Positions 1-14,100 of a stretch of DNA of 64,000 nt are shown here, piece after piece (positions within the stretch are counted from its first letter, which is position 1; every line of letters begins with the position of its first letter). The translations under genes were made by a program, and so were the position numbers. The DNA comes from Raillietiella orientalis. Lineage: Eukaryota. Location: assembly GCA_036172245.1 (NCBI GenBank), contig JAYWIR010000028.1, forward strand, positions 1,054,001 through 1,118,000. Reading direction: 5' to 3'. A model generated the notes under the pieces. The model ran no database searches. It saw only the letters and a list, made by a program, of their open reading frames with translations, and was not told where the DNA came from.

Positions 1-3000
1 CCTTGGAGGCAGCGACTGCACCGACTCCGTTCCTCCCAAACGTCCTCTCGTCAGCTACAGCGAAATCCCTCTCTTCCGTTCCTTTTCGTGCCCTCTTCTT
101 CTCGCTCCTCTCCCCTCCCCCTCTCTGCTTCTTTAGGAGGACCTGACATGGGACCGCCTTTGCTGCGTCCTCAGGGTCTCGAGGGGGTCCATGGCTCCCT
201 TCGAAAGTTCGTTGCTCTCCTCGTTGAGGTACCAAGCGCACGCTCCGCAATACGTATCTCTTGGCGCGCGCAACCTTGCCCTGGAGCCTATTCTTTAGGA
301 AGAGAGGGAAATGGAGTTCTTATCGCCTTTTTTTTTGGGGGGGGATCTTCCGCGATGAGCAGGCCGCAGCAGGGACCTTCTCCCTGAGACGAGATTGGCT
401 GGAGGGCCGAGACACGTGGCTCGCCCCTGCTTGTGACCCGGGAAAATCGCAGAGCTAGAGGATGTGGATGGAGTGGAATGGAGGATGGAAGGCGCGAGGT
501 CATCCGGACTGGAGCTGTGTTGCTTTTCTCACTGCCGAAGGCTGATTCTTTGAGGAATCCGGTCTGTTGCTTAGCGATGCAGCAGCAGAGCCGCGAGGAG
601 TTGCGGGGAAGCGGATCCAAGCTTCCCCCACCCCCATTTTTCGTTCCGCACCGCGGGCCTCAGGGCATCCTACCTGCATCCCAACAAGTGAACAAGCTGA
701 TTAGTTAGGGGCCTTCGAAGAGATGCAGGGTGGCATGCAGGGGCTCGAACCGGTGAGAGGAAGAAGGCTGAGACGAGAACCTCGCAAAAAGCGCCGTATG
801 CCCAACGCCATGGCCTCGCCGTCCCTTTTGCATCCGCATCCTCCGGAGGCAGTTTTCCCTTCGCGGTAGCCGGGATGAGTCTTCTTGCTGCTGCTTCTGC
901 CACCATCGCCGGTTTATGGACGTTTCCCGACGATCACCGCGCAGGTCGCCTGTGAGGACCACTAGGGGGCGCGCCTTCAGTCTTTCAGATGTGCGTGGAG
1001 TAGTCGCAGGGTCTTCCCGGGCGAGCCGAAGTGGCCGACTACGCTGGTCGTGACGCCGGCGCTGCGACTTGGGGAACGCGCGCAAGGAAGGACCCGTGCC
1101 TACGACTCGTGTCCTTCGGGAACGTCTGGTCTTTCCCCGCTCGAACCCAGGAGAGCAAGGAACACCTGAAACAGCCCTCTGGAGTTGCGCAGGTGCTCCC
1201 GAGGGAAACCGGGATCAGGCAGCCGCCGCGGTGTGCGCCTCCTTCATGGATGGCGGAATCGCCTGAAGACCAGGAGCCCAACGGTGGACAGGAGCGAGGG
1301 GAGAGGAGGGGCGTTGGATGCACGAGCGGTTTTATGTGAAACGGGACATCAGTTTCCTGGCGCTTGCGCAGCAAGGTGAACCCCGAGTTCCGCATCTCCG
1401 CGAAAGGCGTGCTGCATCTTCCAGCCTCCTCGCGGAGAGCCCAACGTGCATGTCGTGAAGCGCCTACAAATTTGTGCCTCAAGAACGTGCGCGTGCGCAC
1501 CATTTCCACGCGTGCATAGTGCATAGGTCCAGCAAAACTCCCGGAGTTCCATTTGAACCGTCATTTTCCTTCGTGGTTTCCTATGCACGAGCCCGGCACA
1601 CGTGCACGACGCCCGGGGGAGAGGGAGGGATAGGAGGCTGGGCGGACCAGCGCGTCCTTTCTCCCCAGGAAACAGAACAGTCTTGGAGCTTTCGAAAATG
1701 GGAGAGCCAGAAGGAAGGCGAGGTCGGGAAACCTAAAGTAAAGGAAGCGGATTCCACGCAGCACCTCTTGATGGCGCAGAGTTTTCCCCTCATCAGCGTA
1801 AAGGGGATAACGGCAGTTAGCGGGCAAAGCTGCAGGTCGCTGCCGACGCCGCTCTCCTCGTGGACCTTGCGTTTCAGCAAACTGTCCGCAGGCCAAGAAA
1901 GAAACTTCCGTCTCCTCCAGCCAGAACGAAGGGCGCATCGTAGACGACAGGAGGGAATGCTTCAGAGGGAGACGAGCCCAGAACTGTGCGGAAGAGTGAG
2001 GCAGGAATGGAAGTCCGGAGGACGGCATTAGGAGCACCTAAGTTCAGTTGGCAGCCATGGAGAATGGCGCCTCGGTGGTAAACGGGAATTTTCTACGCTC
2101 GCCACTATCCGCTCGAGGAACCTCGGGTGATCCTCCGAACCGAAGACGCAACGGTTTCTCTCGAATGGCACAGCCTCTCTCGATACCTGGGTCGTTGTTG
2201 AATTGGCTGGAGGCGGAGGAATACGTCAGGAACCCCATGTTTTGATCCCCCTTCAAGACTTGCGGAGATTCGTAAAGGAAGGAGGGGACGGCGAAAATAA
2301 CCAAGGATCATCTCATCACCTGCAAGTTGGTCCGGTCACCGTATCGTTGGTTGTGCTGCCTCGCCTCGAGCGTTCTATTTTAAGATGGACTCGCGTCCCG
2401 GCGAAACAGCGACACGGTGACCAGATTTCCCCTTTCCATGAAGGGCAGCTGCAGGTGGAGGGAACAGACGTAGGTTCTGGCGGCGGAAGCCCAGTGAGCT
2501 CCGCCGCACGACCTACTTCGGTCAACAGTCGCCAAATGTCGGAGACCAAAGAGACACGCGCATCCACGGCGCGAAAACCGGTGTGTCTCCTGCCGTCCAC
2601 CAGCCCAGATGGCGAGGGAACATCGACCCCAAAAGGGAGGGAGCAGCTAGAGCCTCCGAATAAGACGAGCGTTCTCCCAGCTGCTGCAGAGCCTCATTTC
2701 GAGGATCCCCAGATACTCAGCAGCCTCCGTTGCCGAAGCGCAGCCGTTACGCCTCCGCGGCCTTCAGTTGACAGGAAAAAGCAGTTTGGATGGTCCGAGG
2801 GCGCATCGGGAGTTTCTCACTGAGAGAGGACGGACGCCTCAGGATGCACGAACCTCGGAGGCCCGGCGATCCGGAGTCGGCAGGCCCTGCGCTGCGGTGT
2901 CGTACAATCCGTGGGGCTCTCACTTAGGCAGTCAGGGACAACATGGATCGGTGCTCGTGGATCGGGCGGCCACTCCGTCGGCAGCGCGAGCCTCAGAGAC

Positions 3001-6000
3001 GTGGACCTCCTCCTCCTGCTCGGGACCAGGAGGAGAAAAAGGGAGAATGCAGGAAGGGAGGCGATGCGCTTCATTGAGCGGCGGATGCCCGTTCATGGCA
3101 ACAAGTGGGGATCGGGAACTTCGCAACGTGGTAGCAGTCGTGCCGTCATGAGCGTGCACGTGGGCAGGTGGGCTCCGTGGACGGTCACAGCTCGCTTCCT
3201 TGCACCGCTGCGGGAAGGCGGGCAGATGGCCAGATGGTCTGGTCTGTCAGGGAGCGAAGGATGAGGAACGAGCTCACGGGGGAATCGACTCTCCCACGAA
3301 GTCCCTGGTCAGCGGGAAGATCTTGGAAGTCGCAACTCGCTGCGTCCCAACACCCCTAAAACCAACCGAGATCGCACCCGCCGGAAACTCTCTCTTTTGT
3401 TGCTAACCGCGCCTGCGTGGGTGCACAGAGACTGGAGCTGGCTGGCCGGCAGTAGCAGCGCGAGACCGCGTCCATTAGGGAGGAAACAAGTGGGCGGGCC
3501 CTCGGCATTTCCATGTCCCTGTGTGCTTCGTGGCCCCAGTCGTCATGAGTTGCCGCGCGCCCCTGAGACCGAAAGGTCTCGGTGGATCCGGAAGAGCGAT
3601 GAATTTGGAGCCCCACTCCACGTACGTCCCGAGCGATCCACCCTGCCTGCTCCCGGTTTGTAGTCTGTCACAACGCCGGTACTCGAAAGAAACCAAAGAA
3701 AAAAAAAAAACTCCGCTACCACCACGTGCAGCGGCCCCGTTCTCGCAGCGACCTGCGTCTTCGCTGTGCTTCGAAACCGGGTCTCCTCTTCGTGGGTACG
3801 CGAAGGGAGGTGATAAGCGTCCTGCAAGGTGGCGCGCAGGAAGTGCTTCTCTCTCTTCACCGCGGTTCCTCTGCTGAAACCTGATCACATTCCATCTCCC
3901 CACATTCATCCTTGGTTCCTGCAGTTGCATAACCGAGGTGCCATGTTGGATGCGATCGCTCCAGGCTATCCCTCTCGTTTTGTTTGTCTGCTGTTGGTTT
4001 TTGAGTGTTTCCCCCCCTCCCTTCCCCCCTCCCTCTGTTCCATCTTCTCCCACGGGTTTGTTCCCATCTCGCGCCATTGTGTTGGCACAGATTCTCCCAA
4101 TGCGACGAGGATTCTCCCAACAATGAGGAAAGGCCACCTTTTTCGCCCCTCCCTCCCGTTCCTCGGGGTGTCACATGCTGGTTACGCTGGTCATCCCCCT
4201 TCGCACGTGTTCTCTTCACGTTGCATGCTCTCTTGGGCGGATGGATGGTGGGTGATAGCAGGTCAAGTAGCCTTTTCCGACCCAAGAAACGGGGTGAGGA
4301 GCCACCACTGGCGATTCGGAATTCCCCACAGACTTCCACCCCCCACTCCACCCCACCCTTCTTTTTCCCGTTCTCAACCGGGCTGATTGGTGCCAAAATC
4401 TCAAAGGGAAAACGTGAAGTGCCGACCGATGCCGGCATGCGACATCTGGGGACGAGCTACCGGGAAACCCGTAGGGTGGCAAGGGGGAAGGCGGGAGCTC
4501 CTGCGAATCGGAGGGCGATCTGTGCCAGAGTGGTCACCTGGCAACCCTCGGACCGGAGAGAAAAAGTTCTCTCCAGCGTTCTCCTGCCGGTTTCCTTCCG
4601 GACAAGGGTCCGTCGAGCAGTGGAGGTGGACGAGGCCCGTTCGTGTCTCCGCCGCGAGAGCGTCTTATCGCGCCCGGAGATCTCCCGTCGAGGGCGCCTG
4701 AACTTCGACCCGGATAATGGACCCAGCCCAAAATGGAAGGAGCAGTAAAAAGGGATTCCATTATCTAAGAGGCAGATATGAATCTTCGGGACTGCATCCC
4801 CAGCGAAGAGCCTGCAAGAAAGGAGAGGGGAGGCCAGCAGAGCTCCGCGGCGCGACCTGCGCGGGAGGACACCAGCCCCGCCCTTACGGAGAACCGGCGG
4901 GGGCTGGCGGAGGAGTCCGCAGCAGTCCAGCTGCCTCCTGGGCCTCCGGACACCCAGCCTGTAGGATTCATCCCGGCTCCTTGGAGGCAGGCGCGTGGAA
5001 GTCCGTTCACCTCTCTTCGTCCTTTGAATCTTCGCTCGCGTGGCCGCTGCCGTAGTCCAGAATGTCCTTGAGCCATCTGAGGAATCTGAGTGAAGTTGTT
5101 GATGAAGCGGAGTCCTGCTGCGCAACCGTGGTCCCTGTCCCTCTTTCTCTCCTTTCTCAGTTCAGGAAGAGCGCGCTCCCTTTGCTCGATCTCTCCGCAC
5201 CCTGCAGCAAAAGCGGGGAGCTGGCCTCGCGGAAGCGGAAGCCGATCAAGGTCGAAAGACTGGAAGGATGCAGCAGATAGTTTTCTTGTTGCCTCTTTTG
5301 ATTCCCTCCCGGACGTCTGAGGTGGCTCGTACCTCTTCTCCCTTGGCAGAAGCTCCCACTCGGCAGGATCTATATGTTCCCGCACATCCTTCGGGAAGAC
5401 GCTTTTTTGAAAGTCAACTTTGGGGATCCTTTTGAACCTCGGCTCGAAGCCTCGTATGTTCGAAGACCATCTTCCACTTCGTCCTTGAGGATGCTGGAAC
5501 TTGTCGGTTTCTGGCGTTCGGAGGAAGTGGCTGCTGTCTCGCTGGCCAAAGCTCGTCTTGGTCATGGCGAAAGGTCCAGCGTCCTGCCGACTCTCCTGGA
5601 ACGATCCCCTCGGATGGCACTTGCTCCTTCCAAGATGCGGCTTCCCAACCAAGAAAATTCCGGAACTGGTTTCGTGTAAGAAGACAATCAACCACAGATT
5701 CGACGCCACCCTTGGAAAATTCACATTCTCGGGAGTCTGTTTCTCTCCTCCTCCCTCTCTTTCCGTCATGCGCGTGGTCAGACGCTGGCCGCCAGAGCTC
5801 AGGAGCAGAAACCCTCCCCCAGCGTGTTCCATCGTTCTTCGCAACGCAATCCACCCCTTCCGGAAAGGAGTGGCTAGAACACCCTCTCTCGGACCCACTT
5901 CTGTGACCGGGGTCATCTCCGCGAATGAGCGACTATTGCTGCTCTCTCCGAAGCAGGCAGTGCGGATTCCACTACAAGGAAAGAGAGGAAGTCCCAAAGG

Positions 6001-7965
6001 GAGGGGAATCCAAACAGATGCAACAGCCTGAACAAAAAAGCTGCTGATCTTCCCTCCCAGATGAACAAGAGGAAGTACCTCTCTACACGTTGGGTTACTT
6101 GCCCTGCATTCCGGGCGCGCGCCTAACCGGGCCGGACGTGCTTCTGTGAAAAAAGCGCCCTCACGGAGCCACGAAACGTCACCTTCGGCGATTTTTTTTC
6201 CGGGGGGGGGGGGGGGATGTCTTTGCCTGTGAACATTTGGCAATAGACTGACAGACCTCCTAGTCCAGCTACCCACGTCCCCAGGGAACCTTGAAGAGAA
6301 GCAAACTTGCACTTCTGGGGAGCTGCGGCCATCCCTGCAGCAGTGTCCTTGCGGACTGGTGAACCCGTCTCCTCACCGTGATCCCAGTCTCGCGCTTTTG
6401 TGGATTCGCAGTGGAAGACTCTGGAGACCAATCGCTCCTGGGGGAATTGAGCGGCACTAGCCGTCACACAGTGCCCGGTCCAAGGATCGTGGGCACCGGA
6501 AGACCGTAGGAGGCGTCCTACGTCCACCCTTCGGGTTCGGCAAGCTCTTTGAATAGGGAAGGGGCTGTGGTGCGTGACGGATGCCTGACAGCACTGGAGA
6601 ACATCCCGGGACGCAAAGGCGACTCTGAGGAACGATCCCACCCATATCCCAGTCAGTCAGAGACGCTTCCCTCGCGACGGAATCGGAAACCACCGCACCT
6701 CTCCTCCCTGCAGTTTGGCGGACCCCGCTGATCTCGAGTGGCGGCAGCGAGTAACGCGCAAAGCATCCCCAGGGCATGGTCCTCAGTCGTTCCCGACCCT
6801 TTCCCTCCAGAAGGTTCGATTCGCTCTGCATCGTCCTTCTCCCGGCAGGGTGGACCACCCATGCAGATGCTGCATCGTCTGCCTCCTTCCGGGGATCTCC
6901 GCATTCCCGCTTCCCAACTATCTCCCGTTCTCCCTCTCCTGAAAAAGGTTAGCAAGGCCGCCGAGAGAAGGAGCTGGTCTCATCCTCCTTTCCCCTCCGT
7001 CCTCTCATCTTCTCCCCACCCACCCCCACCCACCCACTCCCACTCGCCTTCTGCGGTGCGCATGCGGGTCCTGGATGTTTCAGCTCGTGCTTAGCTCATG
7101 TTTTGGTCTCCTCCTTCAACGGCGGCTACACAGCCGAAATCGAGGAGGGTCGAAGCGCCGACATCGGCTGTGCAGGGAAGGGCGGCGTAAACAGGGTGTG
7201 CGTGGTTGACGCAGCACCTCCCATCCCGCCCGAGGGCCGCCTACACCTCCAGGAAGGGAGGGAGGGAGGGAAACCGAAGTCGTAGGCAGGAAAGGAAAGG
7301 CAGGGGAAGTACCTCAAAGTCGGGATTTTCTGCATAAGGGTGGCATGGAAGCGATCCCCCCCCCCCCTTGAGCTTTCTTTCGCACTGCCACCCGCACTGC
7401 CTTGGCGGCGGCATCTCTAAGCGGGTGCGTCCGCCCGCAGACGGACGACCACGCGCCGTTCCGGCAAGAGATGACCGACCAGCACGCAGAAGCACGGAGT
7501 CGAAATCTTCAGGACGCCAGGGATGGGGCCAGGAGCTCGGCTGCCGCTGCCCCCCATCTAGGACGGCAGCGTGAGCTTTTGCTTCCCTCCCTCTTCGTGG
7601 GGATGCCTCCTTGGTGAGCGGACGAGGGGGAAGGAGGTGGTATCCCTCTCCTGCTTGCCTCCCAACTCCCTCTTGGAGCGACCCAAACCAGGGGAGGATT
7701 CCGGAAGCTGTGTGACCTCAAAGCTTCGGGCACGTCGGCGGTGACCTTTCTTCCAAACGCCTTCTTCCCTACAGGAGGCAGGAGAAAGGAGTCTTTCCCT
7801 CTTTCCTCCTTACTCGTCCCTCCGCGTCGGTCGCGTTGACCTCCCGGAATCTGCACCATTGCTTTTCTCTCCCTTCCTTCCTCCCGTTTTTCTGCTCCAC
7901 GAGGGCCCCCCCTCCCCCGCAAGCCCTACGGCCTGCTCGTGACAGAGGGACTGCTCCGTCCTCAG

Positions 7966-8101
7966 GTGCTGCTAAGCCGCTGAGCTGCATGCCTGCTCCC
8001 GAGTGCTCCGAGGTCTGCAAGTGCTCTGAGGGAATTATGGATTGTCGAAACAGAGGTCTCACCACTGTCCCGGATCACATCCCGGATGACGTCACGGAAC
8101 T
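7966..8101 (+). CDS. slit: slit exon w1: LRRNT cap of domain D2
   Basis: ctcag|...[33 protein letters not shown]|gtgagt. Confidence 0.92.
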
Positions 8102-11100
8102 GTGAGTTTCGCTTTCGTCTTTTGTATTTGTGAGCTATCCTCTCCTCCTTTCCTCGTCCTCCACTTTGTTCCTCCCCCTCCCTTCCTCTTCCTTTTCTCC
8201 TCGTCCTCTTCCCCTGCCGCTCTCCTCGGACTATAAAGCACTGCGGTTCGTGAAGACTCCGGCAGGAGCGTTCTCGGCGCCTTCCACTCTGCTGCATGCG
8301 GCGCTTTATGCGGACGCTTCTGGCGTCTTGTCTGGACGTTTCTGACGTTTTTCCGGCTGCTCGCAGCCTCTTCCGCCGCTGTTGCGGTTTATTATTTTCG
8401 GTTTTTCACCAGTCGTTGAGGCTGCTCCTGTCAGGGCGCGCTCCCCGCGATTCCTTGTGAAAACTCCGCCGGAGAGGGGAAGTCTGACGGTCGGCCCGGA
8501 GACCGGAATCGCCTCCAGGTTCCCGTCCTCGATCCGGAAGAACGAGCAGAAGAGAGAGGAAGAAAGAGTACGCTGTCGGCGAAGGCTGAATGAACTTGCG
8601 AACACCCACGGGAATGCGCAAGGGACGGACGGGGAGTGTCAGAACCACCACGTCCTTGCGAAAGTCCGCGTGTAGTGGCGGGCCGGCTGGGGTGTCATTT
8701 CAAAGGATAATAATAATAGTAAAGAAAAACCTCTGGGGAAGGGCCTGCACTTTCCCATAGGCCATCTTCCTCGGATGACCACTCATTTCCCTGCCGCTTT
8801 CCCTCTTTCACCCTCCCAGGAACGGTGTTGTCCCGAGAGGTGCCATCCGGGGCCAACGGCAGCCCCAGCTTGACTGCCGGCTGCGGAAGGCGACCGGATA
8901 TGCCGCAGGTCTCGGAGCAGGGCCGCGCCCCTTCCTCCTCCCTGGAAGAAGCTTTTTTGCTCCCCTGAGCCCATCCTCTCTGTCTGTTCCACTCCTTTTC
9001 GGAGCCCTGGAGCCCATGGGGTCTGGGCAGGGTTTCTCCAAAGACATCTGCGAGCCACCGCTGGAAGAAGCGTGCGGTACCGCTGCTAGAGCACCATTGG
9101 CGCGGGTTGTGGATGTCCATTTGAATGCACCCCTTCTCCAGACGGGGAGGGAAGGACGCACCTGGCCGGCTTGAGCTCCTGGATTTTGCTCGGCGTTCGG
9201 CGGGATCTGAAGTGATGAACGTGGGGTTCTGAAGAGGAAGCAAGAGGTGGGGAGGGGGGAGGAGGAGGTCGTAAGGAGTCGGACCCCTCAGGAAAAAAGC
9301 AGAAGGCGAAGCCGCACACACCTGTGAGTGAGAAGAAGGGGGCGGGGGAGGGGGATGAATCGCAAGAAAAGAGGAGGAAGGACGAAGGGCCGTGCAGAGG
9401 CCGTGGGGTGGTTGGTCTTCTGACCTCTCTGGAGGCTCCTGAAGAGGAGGCACGTGGACAGGTCCTCTTGCGCCGAGTGAAGGAGGGAGGGAGGGCCTCC
9501 CGACCACGCTCTTGCTTCCTTCCCCGGGAGCAGTCTCACCAGGAGAGCTGGACTCGCCTGATGTGAAGCCCGGGGAGGCGGCAGTTCCCACCAAAGTCTT
9601 CATTTCTTCCCCGCCTCCGGCACTGCTCGTGAACCTGGAGCAAGGAAAGTTCTCCCTCTCTCCTCCCCCCAACCTTTTTTCCCGAGTGTTTTTGTGTCTC
9701 CATATCCGCAAGACTCCTCCTCAACCTGCAGCGGGATTTCGGGAAACAACACATCTCCTAACGCCGATTCGGATATTGCCCCCCTCCCCCCTTCCCGACC
9801 TTACTGCGTTTTCCCGTGTCACTTTGCTCTCGGTGACAGCCGCTGCTGCTGCTGTTGGCGCTTCTCTCCTCTCCTGCGCAATTCCTGCATGGGAAAGCGA
9901 CAAGAAGGGAGGAAGAAGAAGGAAAAAGCAACCGGGGCGACTTTCATCCTCCCTGAAGCGACCTCCGGGCGAACAGACGGAAGCTTCCGCGTTCTCAGAT
10001 GTCCTGTGGTGGCAGGACGACAACAGGGACAACGGGCTGCTCGCCGTCGTCAGGAGCAACCGTGCTGATCCCGTCGCAGCCTCTCTGCTTGCTCCTGAGC
10101 CTGTTACGTGGACGTACGCCCAGAGGTGCTGCTCTTGCGGCCATCAGGAGCATCGATGGCGTTTCCTCCGTCCAGATCGGTTTTCCTTTGATTGCTGAGC
10201 AGCCGTCACATGCACGATGGCAACCATGGTTGCCATCGTGCATGATTGTTGGCTTCTCCCCAACAATCGACCAAACAATACTGGCGACGAACATCGTTGA
10301 CAACAATACTGCTGTCGCTGTTAGCAACGTCAACTGCGTGGTTGCTGATCCCTTTGCGATGTCGAGCTTGTTGCGTTATTAATGGCGGTGTTGTTGCGGT
10401 AACAATGTTCATTAATTAGTCACGTATGTGTTGTTGCTATTATAAAGTGTGCAAAAACTTCGCTCCAAATCCGGGCTTATCCGCGTACGCTCATTCAAAA
10501 CTCCTGCGCCCTGCGATCAGCCGAGCGGTCGTCCACTGTCGGAGGTCGCGATGGCAACTAGCGAGAAATTCACTCGCCTCCTGATGCGAGAACTCCGTGA
10601 ACCGTCCGCTACCGCCGAGCTGCTGCCCAATGCCCCATGTCTCATGAAATGTTGCCAAGTCTCGGATCGTCTGGGTGATCGTCTTCCGATTTCCGTGTTG
10701 CCCTTTGAAACGACGGCGTGTCTGCCCCCATCCAGCGGCTTCTTGTTGTCATCCGCGGAGTGCTGTCGTGTTTTTCCCACAGTCCTTCTGCGACGGGAAG
10801 GGGGACGGGGGAGGACACTTGCCGTGCAAGTCATGTTGCCAGGACTTCTGACCGGTGCGCAGACCGATCAGAAGTTCTTCATCTGCGGCACCTCCGTCCG
10901 TCGATTTTGACATCTCGCTGTTTCGTGAAATCCGAAACACATCGCACTGGACTTTTGGAACCCGAAAGGTATTTCCCGTTCGTTCAGAGCACTTTCAAAA
11001 GCGGCCGCCTGTGCGCCCTCTCGAAGACTGTTTCAGGGATCATTGCTGTCTTGCTCGCAGACCAGCTTTTTCGCTACCCTCAGCTCTGAAAACACGTAAA

Positions 11101-14100
11101 GTCATTTAATCGCCCAGAGTAAGATGAGGTCAAAGGGGGACGGGTGTGACGGGGAAGACATGCACAGGACGGACAGGAGAAGCCTCTGTGGAAATACGAA
11201 CGAAGGACAGGGCGCCCTGCTGAACAGCGGGAAAATTGCTCTCAAGACGCCCTGGAAGCTAATCGATGGGTGGTTGGATTCGGAATTCGACGCAGGAGAG
11301 GTGAAGAGCGGATGAGTTTCGCTGGGAAGCGTGTCCGTCGTGAAGGCAGCTTATCCGGAGGGCTGCCGATGGCCGTCCGAGAGAAAGGAGGAGGGTGAGG
11401 ATTGGGGCGTCGAAATGGGGGAGTGGATGCGGAGTCGCAGCAGTAGTCAGCACGGCTTGTGTTCACACAGGGTCGCGGTAGGGCTGCCGGGTGGAGATGC
11501 CCAAAATAACTTAGATCGATACGGAGGGCCTCTTGGAATCCCTTACTGTTGCTCCTCTCATATGTCCTTCCCAAAGATGATTTATTGTTTCGTTATGAAC
11601 CACGAACTGACAGAAGCTGTTTGATATTTTAATCTTTCTTTTTTCTCTCCTCTCTTCCAGCCGCCTAGAGCAGAACCAAATCACGGAAATTGGACCCCGT
11701 GCTTTCTCCTATTACAAAAAGCTGAAGAGAATGTAAGTGACATAGATGCATTACTGTGGCAACAATGCTGTGATGAATCGGCACCTTCGTTCGGAAGTCT
11801 GAGATCACTCCGACTCTCGGTATTCCCGGGCTCTTCCCCCCACGGATTCGTCTCAGCACCGACGTGGACGCCGCGTTCGGCGTCAGGCCCCTCCCCCGCG
11901 ATCCCTCGAACGTCCCCTTAGGAAGGATCGCAAGTCGTGCTTCTCAGAGGAGGACTCTCTTTTTGGCATCCCGTTGTCTCGGGACTCCGACGCTGCGAAA
12001 GCGCCACTGCACGGTCTGCCGGCAATCGCAAAGCAGGTCGACTTGACGACGGGTGGACGGCACACTCCCCGGGTCCGTTCTTCGTGGCGTCCGTCTGGAG
12101 TGCGGCTCCTGCGGGAAACTCGTCGCGGGTTCCGGCTGGTTCCTTCGGCAGATACCCCGAGGCCGCAGCAAGCACCGTCGAGTCGCGACGAAGCCTCGGT
12201 GGGGTCCGGTCGTCCCTTCCCGAGCCAGGCGGATTGCGATCCGAGGCCAGTCCCGGATCGTTGCCTGCGTTGCTCCCGCTCGGTCTCCCGAGTCATTCTC
12301 GCGAGCATTCGATGCGGCTCCGGCGAGAATCGAGCGCCGTGGTGCGTCCCACGCGCCTCGCCCCGGGATAGAATGAAGAGCGACGGTGACTCCCCGCGGC
12401 GCGCTCTCGAGGCTCTGGAATGAATTCTGGAGGGCGAGGGCGAGCTGCTCGCCATTTCGGCCGTCAGCGATTTTTCAAGGGAGCGGCGGCCGCTGAGCAC
12501 GCTCGCGGGCGCAGCTTCCGGGGACGCCGCGCGAAAGACAAGGGGGGAGGAGCTGTCCAAACAGCGTCGGCGCCGCTTCAGCTCTTCGCCGACGTAATTC
12601 CGCTGCTTGACAGCGGGTGTGCGAACCCAGGCCGAGCAGCCGAGGAGTTTTTCCGCCTCGGTCGCCTGGGCGGGTGGACGCGCGTCGGCCTGACGGGACG
12701 GCGTGGCGTTTCCTTCTTGTTTGTTTTCAAAGAGAAGGGGCCGTTTGGTTCGGAGGGGTCCGGGATCGGGGCCGAAAGAACCAAGTCCAATAAATCTTAT
12801 TTAATTTTCCATGTAAAAACGCTTTTCTGATCTTGTCCCTCGCGGCTTCAGCGAAAGAGGTAGAACGCACGAGCGAAGGAGAGGAACTGCTCCGGAGAAG
12901 AATATTTTCGGTCGTGGCGCGCTCCAGAGGGGGCGAAAAGTGGGCAGATTTACGAATCCCGCGGGTCGGAGGAGCGCCATGCGGGGCGGCGTCTCGTTCG
13001 ACCAGGCACGCCCTCCCGTTGGGTGGCGCGTTTGGCGGAGTGGCACGCAGTCTTCTGCGCTTGCAGGCCCCTCAAGGTTTGTTCCTCCGGATTGCGCTTT
13101 CCCTTCCGTGTTTTTTTTTTTTTTTTTTCCTTCTCCCGTGGTTCGTCAGCTTCGCCCTGCCCGTAGCAGCGTTTCCCGCGGGAACGGCGAAGAAAACGTT
13201 CAGGGAAACTCGCAGGGGGAGTCGAGAACCACGGGAAGGCATCGCCGCCGCTTTTGAAGATCCTCGAAAGACCGACGGATGGTACGCGGCTTGAGAAAGC
13301 GTGCGCTCCCGTCTTCCTGCACAGTTGGCTTGGTCCTGAGACTTAAGCGTTCCGAAGCCCCCGAGTGTGCAGAGGACTCCTCTCATCAGCATAGAGAGGC
13401 CGTGAGGCGGAACGAATAAAAGATGCGAGACTGATCCGAGAAGCGATCAACATATATTTTTTTTCTTCTTCCTTTCTTCGAAGAAGCTGTCATCCGCAGA
13501 AAACGTACCAGAAACTGCATGCACGCACACTGAGAAGAGCTCCGCGCCTTCAGGAACTTTTTGCCCCGTTCCCACCAACCACGCGCGCTCATGCGTGCCA
13601 CGCTGCGTTCTGTTTGTTGTGCGCCGCTGAGGCTGCGTCACTCTGCGATCCGCGGACGTGGGGTTCTTGGGGTCCATCAGTGCGGTTGTCAGGTTCCTCG
13701 ATTCGGCAACTCCGCCGCCTACGTACACGCACGGTATTCCTTGTCTTACGTTGTCGTAACCACGGCCCGCGTCGGAGGCCGTGTGGTTACGGTGGTCTCT
13801 GCGTGTGGCACCACTAAGAGTCGCGGGTTCGAATACTCCGAACTGAATCGACACGGTGCGTCGTGGGTTCGAGTTCACCCCATAAGATGACGCTGGTTGG
13901 CCTACATTCATCCGGGTGCGGCACTGGTAGCGGTTCAAACCGGATGCCCCCGATGGGGGCCGGGACAAATGGGAGTCGATCTCCGGGTGCTTCCAGCAAT
14001 CATGGAGTTGGAGCTCTCCCCTCCGGTTGTGAAGGAGAGGACCCCCATTCCGGGGGGAACCCCTCCGCGTCGTACTGATGGAGTAGGTGTGTCGCCACCA

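Noticed and set aside
4765..6312. 515-aa minus-strand ORF
   Set aside because: No recognisable domain, Arg/Pro/Ser/Gly-rich composition and it runs through a poly-C tract. Long stop-free frames are expected in GC-rich intron DNA.
1..7965. Search for slit D1 exons (LRRCT NPxxCDC motif)
   Set aside because: None found; the region is treated as part of a long intron, with D1 upstream of the window.
8695..9711. 338-aa minus-strand ORF, and similar long intronic ORFs at 13447-14343, 26189-27124 and 27867-28823
   Set aside because: Low-complexity translations without transposase, RT or other motifs; they lie within slit introns.
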